DNA from: an uncultured archaeon | GTDB lineage: Archaea; Asgardarchaeota; Lokiarchaeia; Sigyniarchaeales; SOKP01 | DNA length: 51,969 bases | Direction: 5' to 3' | Assembly: GCA_964632315.1 (NCBI GenBank) | Contig: CAZWEM010000032.1 | Coordinates: 1-51,969, forward strand | Part shown: positions 1 through 10,229 of the stretch, one piece after another | Numbering within the stretch: the stretch's first letter is position 1 | Layout: each line of letters opens with the position of its first letter | Program-made: the position numbers and the translations under genes | The notes under the pieces: model-generated | Databases searched by the model: none | Told to the model about the DNA's origin: nothing | The model's input: the letters and a program-made list of their open reading frames with translations, nothing else

Positions 1-158
1 AATGTAAAATATAATGGTATTGGAAGATATTCATAAAAAGTCGATCCAAACCCCAAAAATATTATAAGAAATCCTAAATAAATCTCAAAAATTCCATCAT
101 CAAAATTAACTCTCCATGTTTTCTTCTCTAAATTCTCAAGATCAATATCCTGGGTAAT
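1..158 (-). CDS. Membrane protein, 5' part only (runs off the window start); probable ATT start
   Basis: Open frame (I)TQDIDLENLEKKTWRVNFDDGIFEIYLGFLIIFLGFGSTFYEYLPIPLYFT. SD-like AGGTGA lies 7 nt upstream of ATT at 158. There is no in-frame ATG/GTG/TTG before the upstream TAA. Confidence 0.55.
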   Translation of the reverse strand, partial: MTQDIDLENLEKKTWRVNFDDGIFEIYLGFLIIFLGFGSTFYEYLPIPLYFT

Positions 159-268
159 AAATTGCTCACCTTTCGTATTAGTTCCTTAATTCTATTAATT
201 TCCTCCATTCTTTTATTTCTTTTTATTTACAATTTGATAAAATTAAAAAAAATTATAAAATTTAGTTA

Positions 269-1954
269 TTACTCAAGCTTATCCAATTTTTTCATGCCAT
301 AACTGAATAATGGAATGGTTACTGCGAGCATGTAAAGAAAAATTGGCAATTGCATCACTAATCTCATCATAAATGTATTTTGGGGATTTAAAAATATTAG
401 CAGCCCAATTGGCAAGAACATTAACGGTTGTATGATTAACATTGAGATCATGGCATTTCCTCTCATGTTAGGGTCTTTATCTCTATATGCAGGAGATTTA
501 CATTGGAGTCCCATGGCTTGAATTGAAGATAATTGAGAAAATACCAAGAATTCTCCAAAGAAAATTATCATGTTTAATATGTCAATATTAATCAGTATAG
601 CATAGAATGTTGTTATGAACACAGATAGGATGATGTTAAAGACAAGCATCATGATCAAATAGGAATATACTAAGCTTTTAATTCCTCTTGGTGACCTTTT
701 ATAAACCCAGATTATGTCTTTTGAATCGATAAAGGCAAGGTGTCCAATAATAATGCTTCCAATAGCTCCTCCTATGGCAATGATGATTGTAGATGAAAAG
801 ATAATTTCAAATTCACTATTTCCCATTCTAGATATGAACCATGTCATGAAACCAAGTAACCCATAAATATATGCGAGCCTTGCATAATTCGCCTTTTTTC
901 TCAGAAATCTCTTAAATTGCATCACAATTAATCCTCCCCATTTTTTGCCTGTTATCTTCCGTATAAATTTGTAGAAACCATTTTCTTGTTTTACAATAAC
1001 AACATCCTCCCTCTCGAATCCACCTTCCAAAGTATAAAAATTTTCAGCCCAACGATAGCTAAAATACAATGTAAGTAATGGTATTCCTATCGCAAGAATC
1101 AGATTAATCCAGATGTTTAAGATAAATGTATCTATCAAGCTCGGTTCAATACTGTATAAAATAATATTCGAAAACCATATAGATGGATAAAATGCCAACC
1201 AATTTTTAAGCTCAGGTTTAGCTAATAACTCGTTTAGAAAAAATATGACTGCATACATCACACCGACTAAAGCGATTGTAAAGATCCATATCAAAGCTTT
1301 TCCTAAATCTCTTGCTTTCTCACTCTTGGTGATTTTATGCTCGATCCAACTAGCTAAAATAGAACCAATTAGATTTGCAAAGTATACCATTACAAATATA
1401 CTGCCGTAAATTACGGAGTATTGTAAAATTGTCAAATCAATTATCGGATTTAACAATCCCGTTATTACAGGACCAAGTAAAAGTACCCCAATGCTAAATA
1501 CTGGGGCTTTTCCTAAATATTCACCGAGAAAAATGTCTTTAGATTTAACTGGAGTTGCCATGAGTACTTCCTTGAACCCCACCTCTCCTTCAGTATATAC
1601 CGTATTTAAGGGATACATCACCAAAACTAAAAATGTTCCTATCATTAATGATTCTATGATGACACCGACCATTGGGAGGAATATTGTAGAAAATTCTAAT
1701 ACTAAAGTTGGCATGAATAGATCGAACAAGAGTGGCGCAATAAAAAATGCCCATAGAAATAAAAGGGCATAAATACTAATAAAGAGCAGCCACCTATGAT
1801 TTCTAAACTTGCTTGTTCTAATCCTTATCTCATTTTTTGCGACTACTTTCCAAAGAGCCCTATTCTGAAGCAGTTCCAAAGAAGTTTTATTTCCATTTTC
1901 TTCTCCATTTAACGCTTCAAAATCTTTCTCAGATGTCAGAACAATCAATTTCAA
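269..1954 (-). CDS. ABC exporter permease (ABC-2-like, about 12 TM)
   Basis: Highly hydrophobic 561-aa ORF overlapping the stop of the ABC ATPase; 'LMATPVKSKDIFLGE' resembles the ABC-2 permease motif. Confidence 0.75.
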   Translation of the reverse strand: MKLIVLTSEKDFEALNGEENGNKTSLELLQNRALWKVVAKNEIRIRTSKFRNHRWLLFISIYALLFLWAFFIAPLLFDLFMPTLVLEFSTIFLPMVGVIIESLMIGTFLVLVMYPLNTVYTEGEVGFKEVLMATPVKSKDIFLGEYLGKAPVFSIGVLLLGPVITGLLNPIIDLTILQYSVIYGSIFVMVYFANLIGSILASWIEHKITKSEKARDLGKALIWIFTIALVGVMYAVIFFLNELLAKPELKNWLAFYPSIWFSNIILYSIEPSLIDTFILNIWINLILAIGIPLLTLYFSYRWAENFYTLEGGFEREDVVIVKQENGFYKFIRKITGKKWGGLIVMQFKRFLRKKANYARLAYIYGLLGFMTWFISRMGNSEFEIIFSSTIIIAIGGAIGSIIIGHLAFIDSKDIIWVYKRSPRGIKSLVYSYLIMMLVFNIILSVFITTFYAILINIDILNMIIFFGEFLVFSQLSSIQAMGLQCKSPAYRDKDPNMRGNAMISMLIIQPLMFLPIGLLIFLNPQNTFMMRLVMQLPIFLYMLAVTIPLFSYGMKKLDKLE

Positions 1955-2748
1955 CCCTCGATCTTAAATTTTTTAGAGTCATTCTCTCTCCAGGCTAAGA
2001 GATCATCAATATGGGATGCTCCCGTGATTTTTAGATAAGCGTCTTCTAAATCTTTTGCATTCACCGAGTCTATGATTTCTTTGGGAGTGCCCTCAATTTT
2101 TAATTGACCTTCATACAAGATTCCTATTATATCACATAATTCTTCCGCAGCATCAAGAAGATGAGTACAGATAAATACCGTTTTCTCAGCTTTTTTAGCC
2201 AATTCAAATATTAAATTTTTCACCATTCGTGCTGCTGCAGGATCCAGGTTAGAAGTGGGTTCATCTAAAAAGATTATTGAAGGATCTTGAATCAAAGCTG
2301 CACACAAGCACACTTTCTGCTTCATTCCCCTTGAATACCCTTCTAAAAGATCATTCTCCCTTCCAGTTAATTCAAATAACTCAATCAATTCATTTATTCG
2401 CTCTTTTAAAATACTTTTTGGTAAGTAATATAGCTCACCAATGAATTCTAAAAATTCTCGGGCTGTGAGTTTAGAGTACAGTCCCGGTGATTCTGGCAAA
2501 AATCCACATATCTTTTTTACTTCTGTATCTTGAGCTTGAACGTCAAATCCCCCCACGAATGCTATTCCTGAGGACTTGGAAACTATTCCATTCAAGATCC
2601 TTATAGTTGTGGTTTTTCCCGCCCCATTTGGACCCAAAAGTCCATATGTTTTGCCATAAGGAATCTTCAGATTTAAATTTTTCACAGCAATGATGCTGCC
2701 AAAATTTTTCGTTAAATTCGAAGTTCTAATAGCGTATTTTTCAACCAT
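1951..2748 (-). CDS. ABC transporter ATP-binding protein
   Basis: Walker A GPNGAGKTT, signature YSRGMKQK, Walker B IFLDEP, H-loop CTH. Confidence 0.95.
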   Translation of the reverse strand: MVEKYAIRTSNLTKNFGSIIAVKNLNLKIPYGKTYGLLGPNGAGKTTTIRILNGIVSKSSGIAFVGGFDVQAQDTEVKKICGFLPESPGLYSKLTAREFLEFIGELYYLPKSILKERINELIELFELTGRENDLLEGYSRGMKQKVCLCAALIQDPSIIFLDEPTSNLDPAAARMVKNLIFELAKKAEKTVFICTHLLDAAEELCDIIGILYEGQLKIEGTPKEIIDSVNAKDLEDAYLKITGASHIDDLLAWRENDSKKFKIEG

Positions 2749-2781
2749 TTTTTTTACCTCTTTTTTATATTATAATTAAAT

Positions 2782-3018
2782 TCAATTCCTAAACCGATTA
2801 TTTGCATTCTGCACTTTCGCATCGTTATCTCTTAATCGATTTTCCCTTCCTAACTTGTATAGAAAGGTTAAATTCATCACCATAGATATTCCACCAAACA
2901 TTCCTTCTAAAAAATCTACTGCTGGAATTCCCTCAAAAAACCTACTCAAAGCAATTGAAATAGCTATTGAAAGCATTCCAATAACTAAGAATCCCTCCTT
3001 TTTCATTTTACATAACAT
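2782..3018 (-). CDS. Small 2-TM membrane protein
   Basis: Two hydrophobic segments; AGGTGA upstream; co-oriented with the ABC genes. Confidence 0.6.
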   Translation of the reverse strand: MLCKMKKEGFLVIGMLSIAISIALSRFFEGIPAVDFLEGMFGGISMVMNLTFLYKLGRENRLRDNDAKVQNANNRFRN

Positions 3019-3026
3019 TTACTTTT

Positions 3027-3185
3027 TCACCTGTTTTGATTACTTAATATAACAATTGAAAAAATGACCACGAGCGTGACGATTGCAATTAATAAATATG
3101 TCCATCTACCTCCCTTTTGGGATTCTCCTTTCTTTTTACACGCTGCAGCAAATCCTCCTGCTGCAGCTCCACCTGCGAAAGCCAT
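3027..3185 (-). CDS. Small protein with C-terminal TM helix (about 52 aa)
   Basis: MAFAGGAAAGGFAAACKKKG...LLIAIVTLVVIFSIVIL; SD-like AAGGTG upstream of the ATG at 3185. Confidence 0.5.
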   Translation of the reverse strand: MAFAGGAAAGGFAAACKKKGESQKGGRWTYLLIAIVTLVVIFSIVILSNQNR

Positions 3186-3529
3186 TTTATTACGCACCTT
3201 TGTAATTATTAGCATTCAAATTACATTTCTTCTTTTTCATAATAAACTTCAACCATACCATATTTTTCTCAATTGTTTATTACTCTTTTTTGGAACCTAA
3301 ATTGAACTAAGATTCAAAATTGATTCATCATGGAATTTTACTTTGCCGTGCAAAGCTTCCTAATTTAAGGTAGAAAGAACTAATATTTAAACTTTATTAC
3401 ATAAAGCCTGTATAAAGGACCCTAAGGTCAAATAAAATGAACTTTAAACTATAAAGTTGGCTATTTTTACTAAAAATCTGAATTGATTAAATTTATTTTG
3501 TGTCTATAAAATAGAAAATAAATTTGTGA

Positions 3530-4150
3530 TTATTTTTTTGGATTGCTCTTTTTTTCGCTTTTTTGAGAAATGCGTCTATAAATCACGCCTACTACTGGCG
3601 TTATCCACCATATAATGAAAGCCCCAAAAACACTTATAATCGAAAAAGGAATCGAAATTAAGAATCCTAATGGACCTATTATGTTATATCTTTTAATTTT
3701 TTTAATCATTTGTGGATCAGTGTCCTTTTTTATCAATCTGAAATTTCGAGAGGCATAATACCATAAAATAAAAAGTGAACCACTGAGTAAAGTAATATTA
3801 GATGAGTAAATAATAACAATCAACTGGACAGAAGTGTATTCGCCTAACAAGGCGGATGGAAATGGAAGGAAACTAACAAAAAATAAAAAAAGCATCATAT
3901 TGCGTAATATATGTGAACATCCGATGATGAGAAATCCAATAAGAACCAATTATGAAAAAGCTAATGACATGACTAAAGAATTTTGGGATTAAATTAGACA
4001 ATTCTGAAATTAATAATTCTGGATTAACGCTTGGAATTATCATCTCTATTATTAATAATGTAATTGCAATTGCCATTACAGCATCGCTGAATGAAGTTAT
4101 TCTTTCTATTCCTCCATTCGGTTGATCTCCAAAAGATTTTTTTTTTCCAT
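3530..4150 (-). pseudogene. TMEM175/DUF1211-family K+ channel, disrupted by two frameshifts
   Basis: Signature ERITSFSDAVMAIAITLL and YWISHHRMF. The ATG at 4150 is out of frame across an A10 run (4137-4146). A second frame change near 3895 separates QYD from MLFLFFVSFLPFP. Confidence 0.8.
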
Positions 4151-4288
4151 TTTTTTAGAATCCCCAACTTATCGTAAAAATCAATTAGTATACCAAAAAT
4201 AAAACTTTAGAACATATAAATGGTTATTTAATATGTATAAAATTAAAAAAGTGTTTAATTTATAATAGATTGTCTATAGTGAAGAGTT

Positions 4289-5185
4289 ATGGTATCTAAA
4301 GGAATGGAACGCGTGATTCAACTTTTAAAAAACAATGCAATTACCACAACAAAAGAAAGAGTTGAGGCCTCACGTAAAGGTTTGGAACTACTAGCTTCTC
4401 TAGTAAAGCCTCCAAAAGATGCTAAGATCGATCATATCAAAATAGAAGAAATGGATGCAGTATGGATCTCTTTCCCTGAATCCGAGTCTGATAAGATAGT
4501 TTTATATTTACATGGTGGAGCTTATATGGAGGGATCCCTAACATCTCACCAGGATTTAGCTATAAGAATTAGTCATGCTGCCAAAGTGAAAGTATTATTA
4601 ATAGATTATCGACTAGCCCCGGAACATCCTTTCCCTGCAGCTGTTGAAGATGCTGTTAAGTCTTATAATTGGTTAATTAAAAATCAAAAAATTAACCCAA
4701 ATAAAATCGTGATTGCTGGTGATTCTGCGGGAGGGGGATTGACTTTAGTGACATTAATTAAACTAAGAGATGAAAAAATTAGTTTGCCTGCAGCAGCAGT
4801 ATGTTTGTCTCCCTGGACCGATCTAGCTTTAACTGGGGATTCATTAATCAGAAATGCAAAAGCTGACCCTTTCTTGAAACTATATGATTTGATTTTTATG
4901 GCGGAATTGTATGTTGGTGATAATGACCCAAAAAATCCTTATATATCACCATTATATGCGGATCTTCAGAATTTACCACCAATACTTCTACACGTAGGCA
5001 CAGCAGAAATTATTGAAGATGATTCAGTTAGATTTGCAGAGAAAGCAAAAAAAGCTGGTGTTGATGTCACCTTAGAAGTTTTTGATGATATGATTCACGT
5101 GTTTCAAGCTTTTTCAGATTGGGCTCCCGAAGGTCAAGAAGCTATTGAAAAAATAGGGAAATACATTCAAGCGAAACTTAAATAA
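4289..5185 (+). CDS. Alpha/beta hydrolase, HSL-family esterase/lipase
   Basis: HGGA oxyanion motif, YRLAPEHPFPAA, nucleophile GDSAGG, C-terminal His in MIHVF. Confidence 0.92.
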   Translation: MVSKGMERVIQLLKNNAITTTKERVEASRKGLELLASLVKPPKDAKIDHIKIEEMDAVWISFPESESDKIVLYLHGGAYMEGSLTSHQDLAIRISHAAKVKVLLIDYRLAPEHPFPAAVEDAVKSYNWLIKNQKINPNKIVIAGDSAGGGLTLVTLIKLRDEKISLPAAAVCLSPWTDLALTGDSLIRNAKADPFLKLYDLIFMAELYVGDNDPKNPYISPLYADLQNLPPILLHVGTAEIIEDDSVRFAEKAKKAGVDVTLEVFDDMIHVFQAFSDWAPEGQEAIEKIGKYIQAKLK

Positions 5186-5187
5186 AC

Positions 5188-6051
5188 TTAATCCTCCTTA
5201 AATATTTCCTTTTTAATTCTTTTTCCAGTTTTAGTTCCTGCTATCCCTCCTTTTCCAGTTTCCTTTAACTCATATGGAATTTTTCGCCCTACTTTCATCA
5301 TGGCAACTACAACCTCATCAGCAGGAATAATTGAAGTGACTCCTGATAATGCCATTTCAGCAGCTAAAAACGCGTTAACTACGCCCATAGCATTTCGCTT
5401 AATACAAGGCGAGATCACTAATCCTGCGACAGGATCACATACAAGTCCAAGCACATTCGTTAGAGTCAAAGCAATCGCGTTCGAAATTTGATCCTGATTT
5501 CCTCCTGCCATATAAGTTATTCCTGCTGCTGCCATTGCAGAGGCTACTCCCACTTCTGCTTGACAACCCCCTTCACTACCAGATAGCATGGCTTGGTTTC
5601 CAATTATAGCACCCACAGCCCCTACCACTATTAAAGCGTTTAGGAGATCATCATCGGATTTATTTAAGATCTCTCTTGCTTTCAAAAGAGTAGCAGGTAC
5701 TACTCCTGAAGATCCAGCAGTAGGACACGCGACAATTAAACCCATTCCACTATTATACTCACCTATTGCCATGGCCCAAGCAGTAGCATCTTTCATATCC
5801 GAGTGAAAGAAAATACCAGGAGAAAGCATCTTTTTTGCTTGTCCACTCGCTTCTTTTATAGGTAATTCTGCTTTTGATTGAAGAGCTTTCTCTAATGACT
5901 GTTTCATAATTGATAAAGTTTTGTTTAACCGTTCTATTATGATTGAGATGGAAGTGTGGGTGTATTCACTCTCATCCTTTAATATTAATTTATGCAGAGG
6001 AATATTTTGTTCTTTAGAGTCGCTCAACAGCTGATAAATGGTTTCATACAT
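5188..6051 (-). CDS. sdaAA: L-serine dehydratase (Fe-S), alpha subunit
   Basis: IVACPTAGSSGVVP, GGCQAEVG, LGLVCDPVAGLV, PCIKRN, LKETGKGG. Confidence 0.92.
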   Translation of the reverse strand: MYETIYQLLSDSKEQNIPLHKLILKDESEYTHTSISIIIERLNKTLSIMKQSLEKALQSKAELPIKEASGQAKKMLSPGIFFHSDMKDATAWAMAIGEYNSGMGLIVACPTAGSSGVVPATLLKAREILNKSDDDLLNALIVVGAVGAIIGNQAMLSGSEGGCQAEVGVASAMAAAGITYMAGGNQDQISNAIALTLTNVLGLVCDPVAGLVISPCIKRNAMGVVNAFLAAEMALSGVTSIIPADEVVVAMMKVGRKIPYELKETGKGGIAGTKTGKRIKKEIFKED

Positions 6052-6709
6052 CTATAATTCTCACCCATATTATTTCAGGAAATTCTTGTAAAGCTGCAAT
6101 CAACTTTTCTGGAATTGTTGAATCTGCTTCAAGCCAAGTAAGTGCAATCTTTTTTTTAAGATTTCTCGATATTTTCATTGAACCTATATTTAATCCATAA
6201 CTTTTGAGCGTGTTTGCGATATTTACTAACGCTCCTATTTTATCTTGATTTAAAATAACTAATGTGTTTGGTTCTCCTCCAAATCCTGCTTCAAGACCAT
6301 CCACTTCTTTTATTATAATATTTCCACCTCCAATTGAGGAACCAATTACAGTCATTTTATCTTTACCGTCGATCATCTCAATTATGACTGAATTGGGATG
6401 ATATTCTGCTCCCAAATCAACCGGTTCAAACCCATAAGTAAGGTCCTCTTTATTTGCAATTTCAAAAGCATTTTTTATCCTTTCATCTTCAGGATTAAAT
6501 CCTAAGAGCCCCCCTATTATTGCTTTATCTGTTCCATGACCTTTATAGGTTTCTGCAAAAGAATCATGAAGTCCAATTTTCACGACGCCTGGTTTTTTAC
6601 CAAACAAAATTTGGGCAACGTAGGCTATTTGACACGCCCCAGCGGTATGACTGGAACTTGGTCCTACCATAATATGGCCTATAACGTCAAAAATCGATGT
6701 ATATTTCAC
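6044..6709 (-). CDS. sdaAB: L-serine dehydratase (Fe-S), beta subunit with C-terminal ACT domain
   Basis: IMVGPSSSHTAGA, GHGTDKA, SIGGGNI; overlaps sdaAA. Confidence 0.92.
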   Translation of the reverse strand: MKYTSIFDVIGHIMVGPSSSHTAGACQIAYVAQILFGKKPGVVKIGLHDSFAETYKGHGTDKAIIGGLLGFNPEDERIKNAFEIANKEDLTYGFEPVDLGAEYHPNSVIIEMIDGKDKMTVIGSSIGGGNIIIKEVDGLEAGFGGEPNTLVILNQDKIGALVNIANTLKSYGLNIGSMKISRNLKKKIALTWLEADSTIPEKLIAALQEFPEIIWVRIIDV

Positions 6710-6831
6710 GCTTTAATCACGATTTTAATCAAAATTTTTTCATATTAATGTTCGTTACAAAAAAAAAGAATAAATAGTTGTCTTATCAAACATTCTATTT
6801 TATTTGATCAAAATTAAAATGGTATTTTAGG

Positions 6832-7215
6832 ATGAGCAATAATACTATATCAAATCATATAAAGTACCCTAAAGAGATTTTTGGGAAAATATTTGTTCTT
6901 AACCGTGAAATTAAGGACATTTTTCGAGGTTGGATTCTTATCGAGGGAAACTTCAGTCAATTTTACAAAATCTTGCAAGAAGAAATCGATAATGAATGGG
7001 ATCTCAAGAAGTTAGAAAATTTTAAGATATACTTTATCGATACTTCGATAAATCAATTGGTTGAAATAAAAGATAGTAAAACGTTAAATACCTTGCGAAG
7101 AAAAGAGAAGATATTTTTTGTCTTGATTGAAAAAAGACATTCCATTACTGAGATAAAAGAGTTTGAACCATTATATCATTGGTATATTGAAAGTTTAAAT
7201 AATTACGATTTTTGA
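6832..7215 (+). CDS. Hypothetical protein
   Basis: 127-aa ORF filling the intergenic space; no motif recognised. Confidence 0.55.
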   Translation: MSNNTISNHIKYPKEIFGKIFVLNREIKDIFRGWILIEGNFSQFYKILQEEIDNEWDLKKLENFKIYFIDTSINQLVEIKDSKTLNTLRRKEKIFFVLIEKRHSITEIKEFEPLYHWYIESLNNYDF

Positions 7216-7745
7216 ACAGTTTTTACTTTTTCAAGAATTTCTTTTATTATTATTTTAACATCTTTATTATCAGTTTCAATTTCAAAGTCAGCTGCATTTT
7301 GATACATCGGCCTTCTAATATTATAAATTCTTTTTATCTCTTCTTTAAAATTGCTTTTGTTTACTACTGGTCTTAAATTAATTCCGTTTTTTGCAATTCT
7401 GTCATATATGGATTCTAAATTTGATTTTAGATGAACAATTATGGCATTTTTGCTTAAATCTTTTACATTTCTCTCATCAAGTACAACTCCACCACCACAG
7501 GATATAATGGAGTGATCTAATTTAGATATCTTTTTGCAGATTAATCTTTCAAGCTTTCTAAATTTCTTTTCACCATCTTGGGAAAAAATTGAGGGAATTG
7601 ATTTACCAGCTAATTCTTCAATCATTAAATCCATTTCAATATGCGTGTAATTATCTCCTAATTCAGCAGCTAGGATTTTGCCAATTGTAGTTTTTCCCGT
7701 GGCCATAAATCCAATAAGTGCTATTGATGTTTTAGTCATGATCAT
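7203..7745 (-). CDS. aroK: Shikimate kinase, bacterial NMP-kinase type
   Basis: GFMATGKTT Walker A, GEKKFRKLE, SCGGGVV, RRPMY. Confidence 0.92.
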   Translation of the reverse strand: MIMTKTSIALIGFMATGKTTIGKILAAELGDNYTHIEMDLMIEELAGKSIPSIFSQDGEKKFRKLERLICKKISKLDHSIISCGGGVVLDERNVKDLSKNAIIVHLKSNLESIYDRIAKNGINLRPVVNKSNFKEEIKRIYNIRRPMYQNAADFEIETDNKDVKIIIKEILEKVKTVQKS

Positions 7746-8296
7746 TTCATAGAAAAGCCTTGAGTAGCTAAGACTCCTTCTTTTAGTTCGATGTAATTAC
7801 CTGAAATATATGCAAAAGTGTCCAATTTATCTGGATCAATTGAGTTATTCTTCAGATAATTTTTATCGCAATGAACCGCAACTACCTCTCCAAAATAGCA
7901 CACGTGGGAACCTAGTTCTATCTTATTTACAACTTTACATTCCATATTCCAAGCGAATTCTTTAATTAAGGGAACATCGACTATTGATGCTTTCTGCTTA
8001 GTTAAACCAAGTTCATTCCATTTGTTAACGTTTTTACCCGTTCTTGTACCACAAAAATCCATTTCTCTAATTTGATCTTTGCGTGGATAATTAATTACAA
8101 ATTCTCCATGTTGTTCAATCAAATTAAACGAGTACCGTTTTTTATGAATCCCTATTGCTATGATAGGAGGTTTCATGCAAACCTTGCCTACATAAGCAAG
8201 AGTGATTAAGTTTGCATTATCTCCCTTACCAACAGATATGACGGCTGCTGGCATCGGAAAGGTCGTCGTGTGCTTACTTATCAATTTTTTTTCCAT
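7742..8296 (-). CDS. Flavin reductase-like FMN-binding protein
   Basis: PPIIAIGI, GEFVINYP, MECKV, LGSHVCYFGEV. Confidence 0.88.
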   Translation of the reverse strand: MEKKLISKHTTTFPMPAAVISVGKGDNANLITLAYVGKVCMKPPIIAIGIHKKRYSFNLIEQHGEFVINYPRKDQIREMDFCGTRTGKNVNKWNELGLTKQKASIVDVPLIKEFAWNMECKVVNKIELGSHVCYFGEVVAVHCDKNYLKNNSIDPDKLDTFAYISGNYIELKEGVLATQGFSMK

Positions 8297-8387
8297 TTTT
8301 TCAAATCTCCTAAATTAAATAATTTAAAAATATAATCTTTCTATACTAAAACATATTAATAGTTTAAACTTTAATTTTTTTATCAAT

Positions 8388-9263
8388 ATGGCTGATCATC
8401 CTAAAATAACGGCTCATACAAAATTAATTTGCATAATTGGACATCCATTAGAGCACAGTTTAAGCCCATTAATGCACAATGCTTTATTTCAAGATTTGAA
8501 ACTAGATTATACATATCTCGCATTTGATGTGCATTCACATAATTTAAAAGCTGCTTTTGATGGAATCCGTGCCCTAAACATTGAAGGAGCTAATATAACC
8601 ATTCCTCATAAGCAAGCATCTTTAAAGTATATGGATGAACTTGATCCTTTAGCAAGAGAAATAGGTGCGCTAAATACAGTGAAGAATGAAAATGGAAAAT
8701 TAATTGGAAGAAATACTGATGCATTAGGTGCAAAAAAAGCTTTAGATGATGCAAAATTTGATTTAAAAAGGAAGAGAATTATTGTTTTAGGTGCTGGAGG
8801 AGCTGCTAGAGCTATCTGTTATGCTATAAAAGAAGAAATCGAGGAACTTATGCTTATTAATAGAACATACAGTAAGGTAAAACAATTAGCAATGGAACTG
8901 AAAAAGCATTCAACATTAAGCATTAAAACATATGATCTTAGAGATTCGTCGATTGTTGATTTAATCCAATCTGCTGATATATTGATTAACACTACTCCAA
9001 TAGGAATGTTCCCAAATGTTGGAAAAAGTCCCGTACCAAAGCAAGCTTTACATGAACATTTAAATGTTTTTGATGTTATATATAATCCCTTGCAGACTAA
9101 GCTTTTAAAAGATGCATCTGATAAAGGATGTAAGACATTGGGAGGAATAGATATGCTGATAAATCAAGGTGCCTTGGCATTTGAATGGTGGACATCTAAA
9201 AAGCCTGATACAAAATTGATGAAGAAAAAATTGATCGAATTTTTGGAGGATAAAAATTGTTAG
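8388..9263 (+). CDS. aroE: Shikimate dehydrogenase
   Basis: GHPLEHSLSP, NITIPHK, GRNTD, GAGGAARA, INTTPIGM, DVIYNP. Confidence 0.95.
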   Translation: MADHPKITAHTKLICIIGHPLEHSLSPLMHNALFQDLKLDYTYLAFDVHSHNLKAAFDGIRALNIEGANITIPHKQASLKYMDELDPLAREIGALNTVKNENGKLIGRNTDALGAKKALDDAKFDLKRKRIIVLGAGGAARAICYAIKEEIEELMLINRTYSKVKQLAMELKKHSTLSIKTYDLRDSSIVDLIQSADILINTTPIGMFPNVGKSPVPKQALHEHLNVFDVIYNPLQTKLLKDASDKGCKTLGGIDMLINQGALAFEWWTSKKPDTKLMKKKLIEFLEDKNC

Positions 9264-10162
9264 GTCAAAATATAACTATAATTGGCGGATCTGGAGGGAT
9301 GGGTAAAGTTTTTGCTAGATATTTCAGGGAACATGGATTCATTGTTACTCTATATGCTCGTGATAAAAAGAAATTGGAGGAAGTATCTCGTGATTTAGAG
9401 GTAAATCATTCGGTAAATCTCGAAGAATCAGTTAAAAACGCTGATATTATTATGATTTCTATCCCTATAAAAAAAACGACTGAAATGGTAAACAAAATTG
9501 CACCCTTAATGAAAAAAAATGCTTTAATCTTTGATATCACTTCTCTCAAATTTTCAGTGTTTAAGGCCTTAAAAGATGCATCATTACGCTATCCAATTAA
9601 CTGTGTGTCATTACACCCTATGTTTGGCCCGGGAATTAAAAATATGAATAATTATGTTATTTTAGCATTAAGAGTGGGAGGTACGAAAGATTATAAAAGA
9701 ATTATTGATGAATTATTCGCTATTTTTGATTCAGATGGATTAATCATAACTCATACCACTCCCGAGGAGCATGATAAGATAATGGCGCTAACTTTGGCTG
9801 TTCCACATATGTTTAATATATTGTTCTTAAACCTATTGAGGAAATCCGGAATAGCGCTAAATGATTTAACTCGCTTTACTGGTACTACATTTTTACTTCA
9901 AAAGGTATTTGCTGAAAGCATTATTCAAAGGGAAATGGAAATGTTTGGAGAGATTCAAATGGAAAATCTTCAATTTTATGAAATTTTAGATCTTTTTGAA
10001 GATTTAGTCAAGGATTATAAGGAAATTATCCAAAATAAAAGAGAACTCGCGTTTAAAGAAATTTTTTCTAATGGATTAGAATATTCAAGAGGGGATGATC
10101 ATTTTGAAAAATCTTATCAATATTTCTATCAATTCATGAAAGTTTTGAAGAAAGATACTTAA
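9257..10162 (+). CDS. tyrA: Prephenate/arogenate dehydrogenase
   Basis: GGSGGMG, DITSLK, SLHPMFGP, EEHDKIMA. Confidence 0.9.
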   Translation: MLGQNITIIGGSGGMGKVFARYFREHGFIVTLYARDKKKLEEVSRDLEVNHSVNLEESVKNADIIMISIPIKKTTEMVNKIAPLMKKNALIFDITSLKFSVFKALKDASLRYPINCVSLHPMFGPGIKNMNNYVILALRVGGTKDYKRIIDELFAIFDSDGLIITHTTPEEHDKIMALTLAVPHMFNILFLNLLRKSGIALNDLTRFTGTTFLLQKVFAESIIQREMEMFGEIQMENLQFYEILDLFEDLVKDYKEIIQNKRELAFKEIFSNGLEYSRGDDHFEKSYQYFYQFMKVLKKDT

Positions 10163-10229
10163 TGAGGTTTATAATATAAAAAACGAGATCTTCTTATAGG
10201 GAGGATTAGATAAATTAAAAATAGATTTT

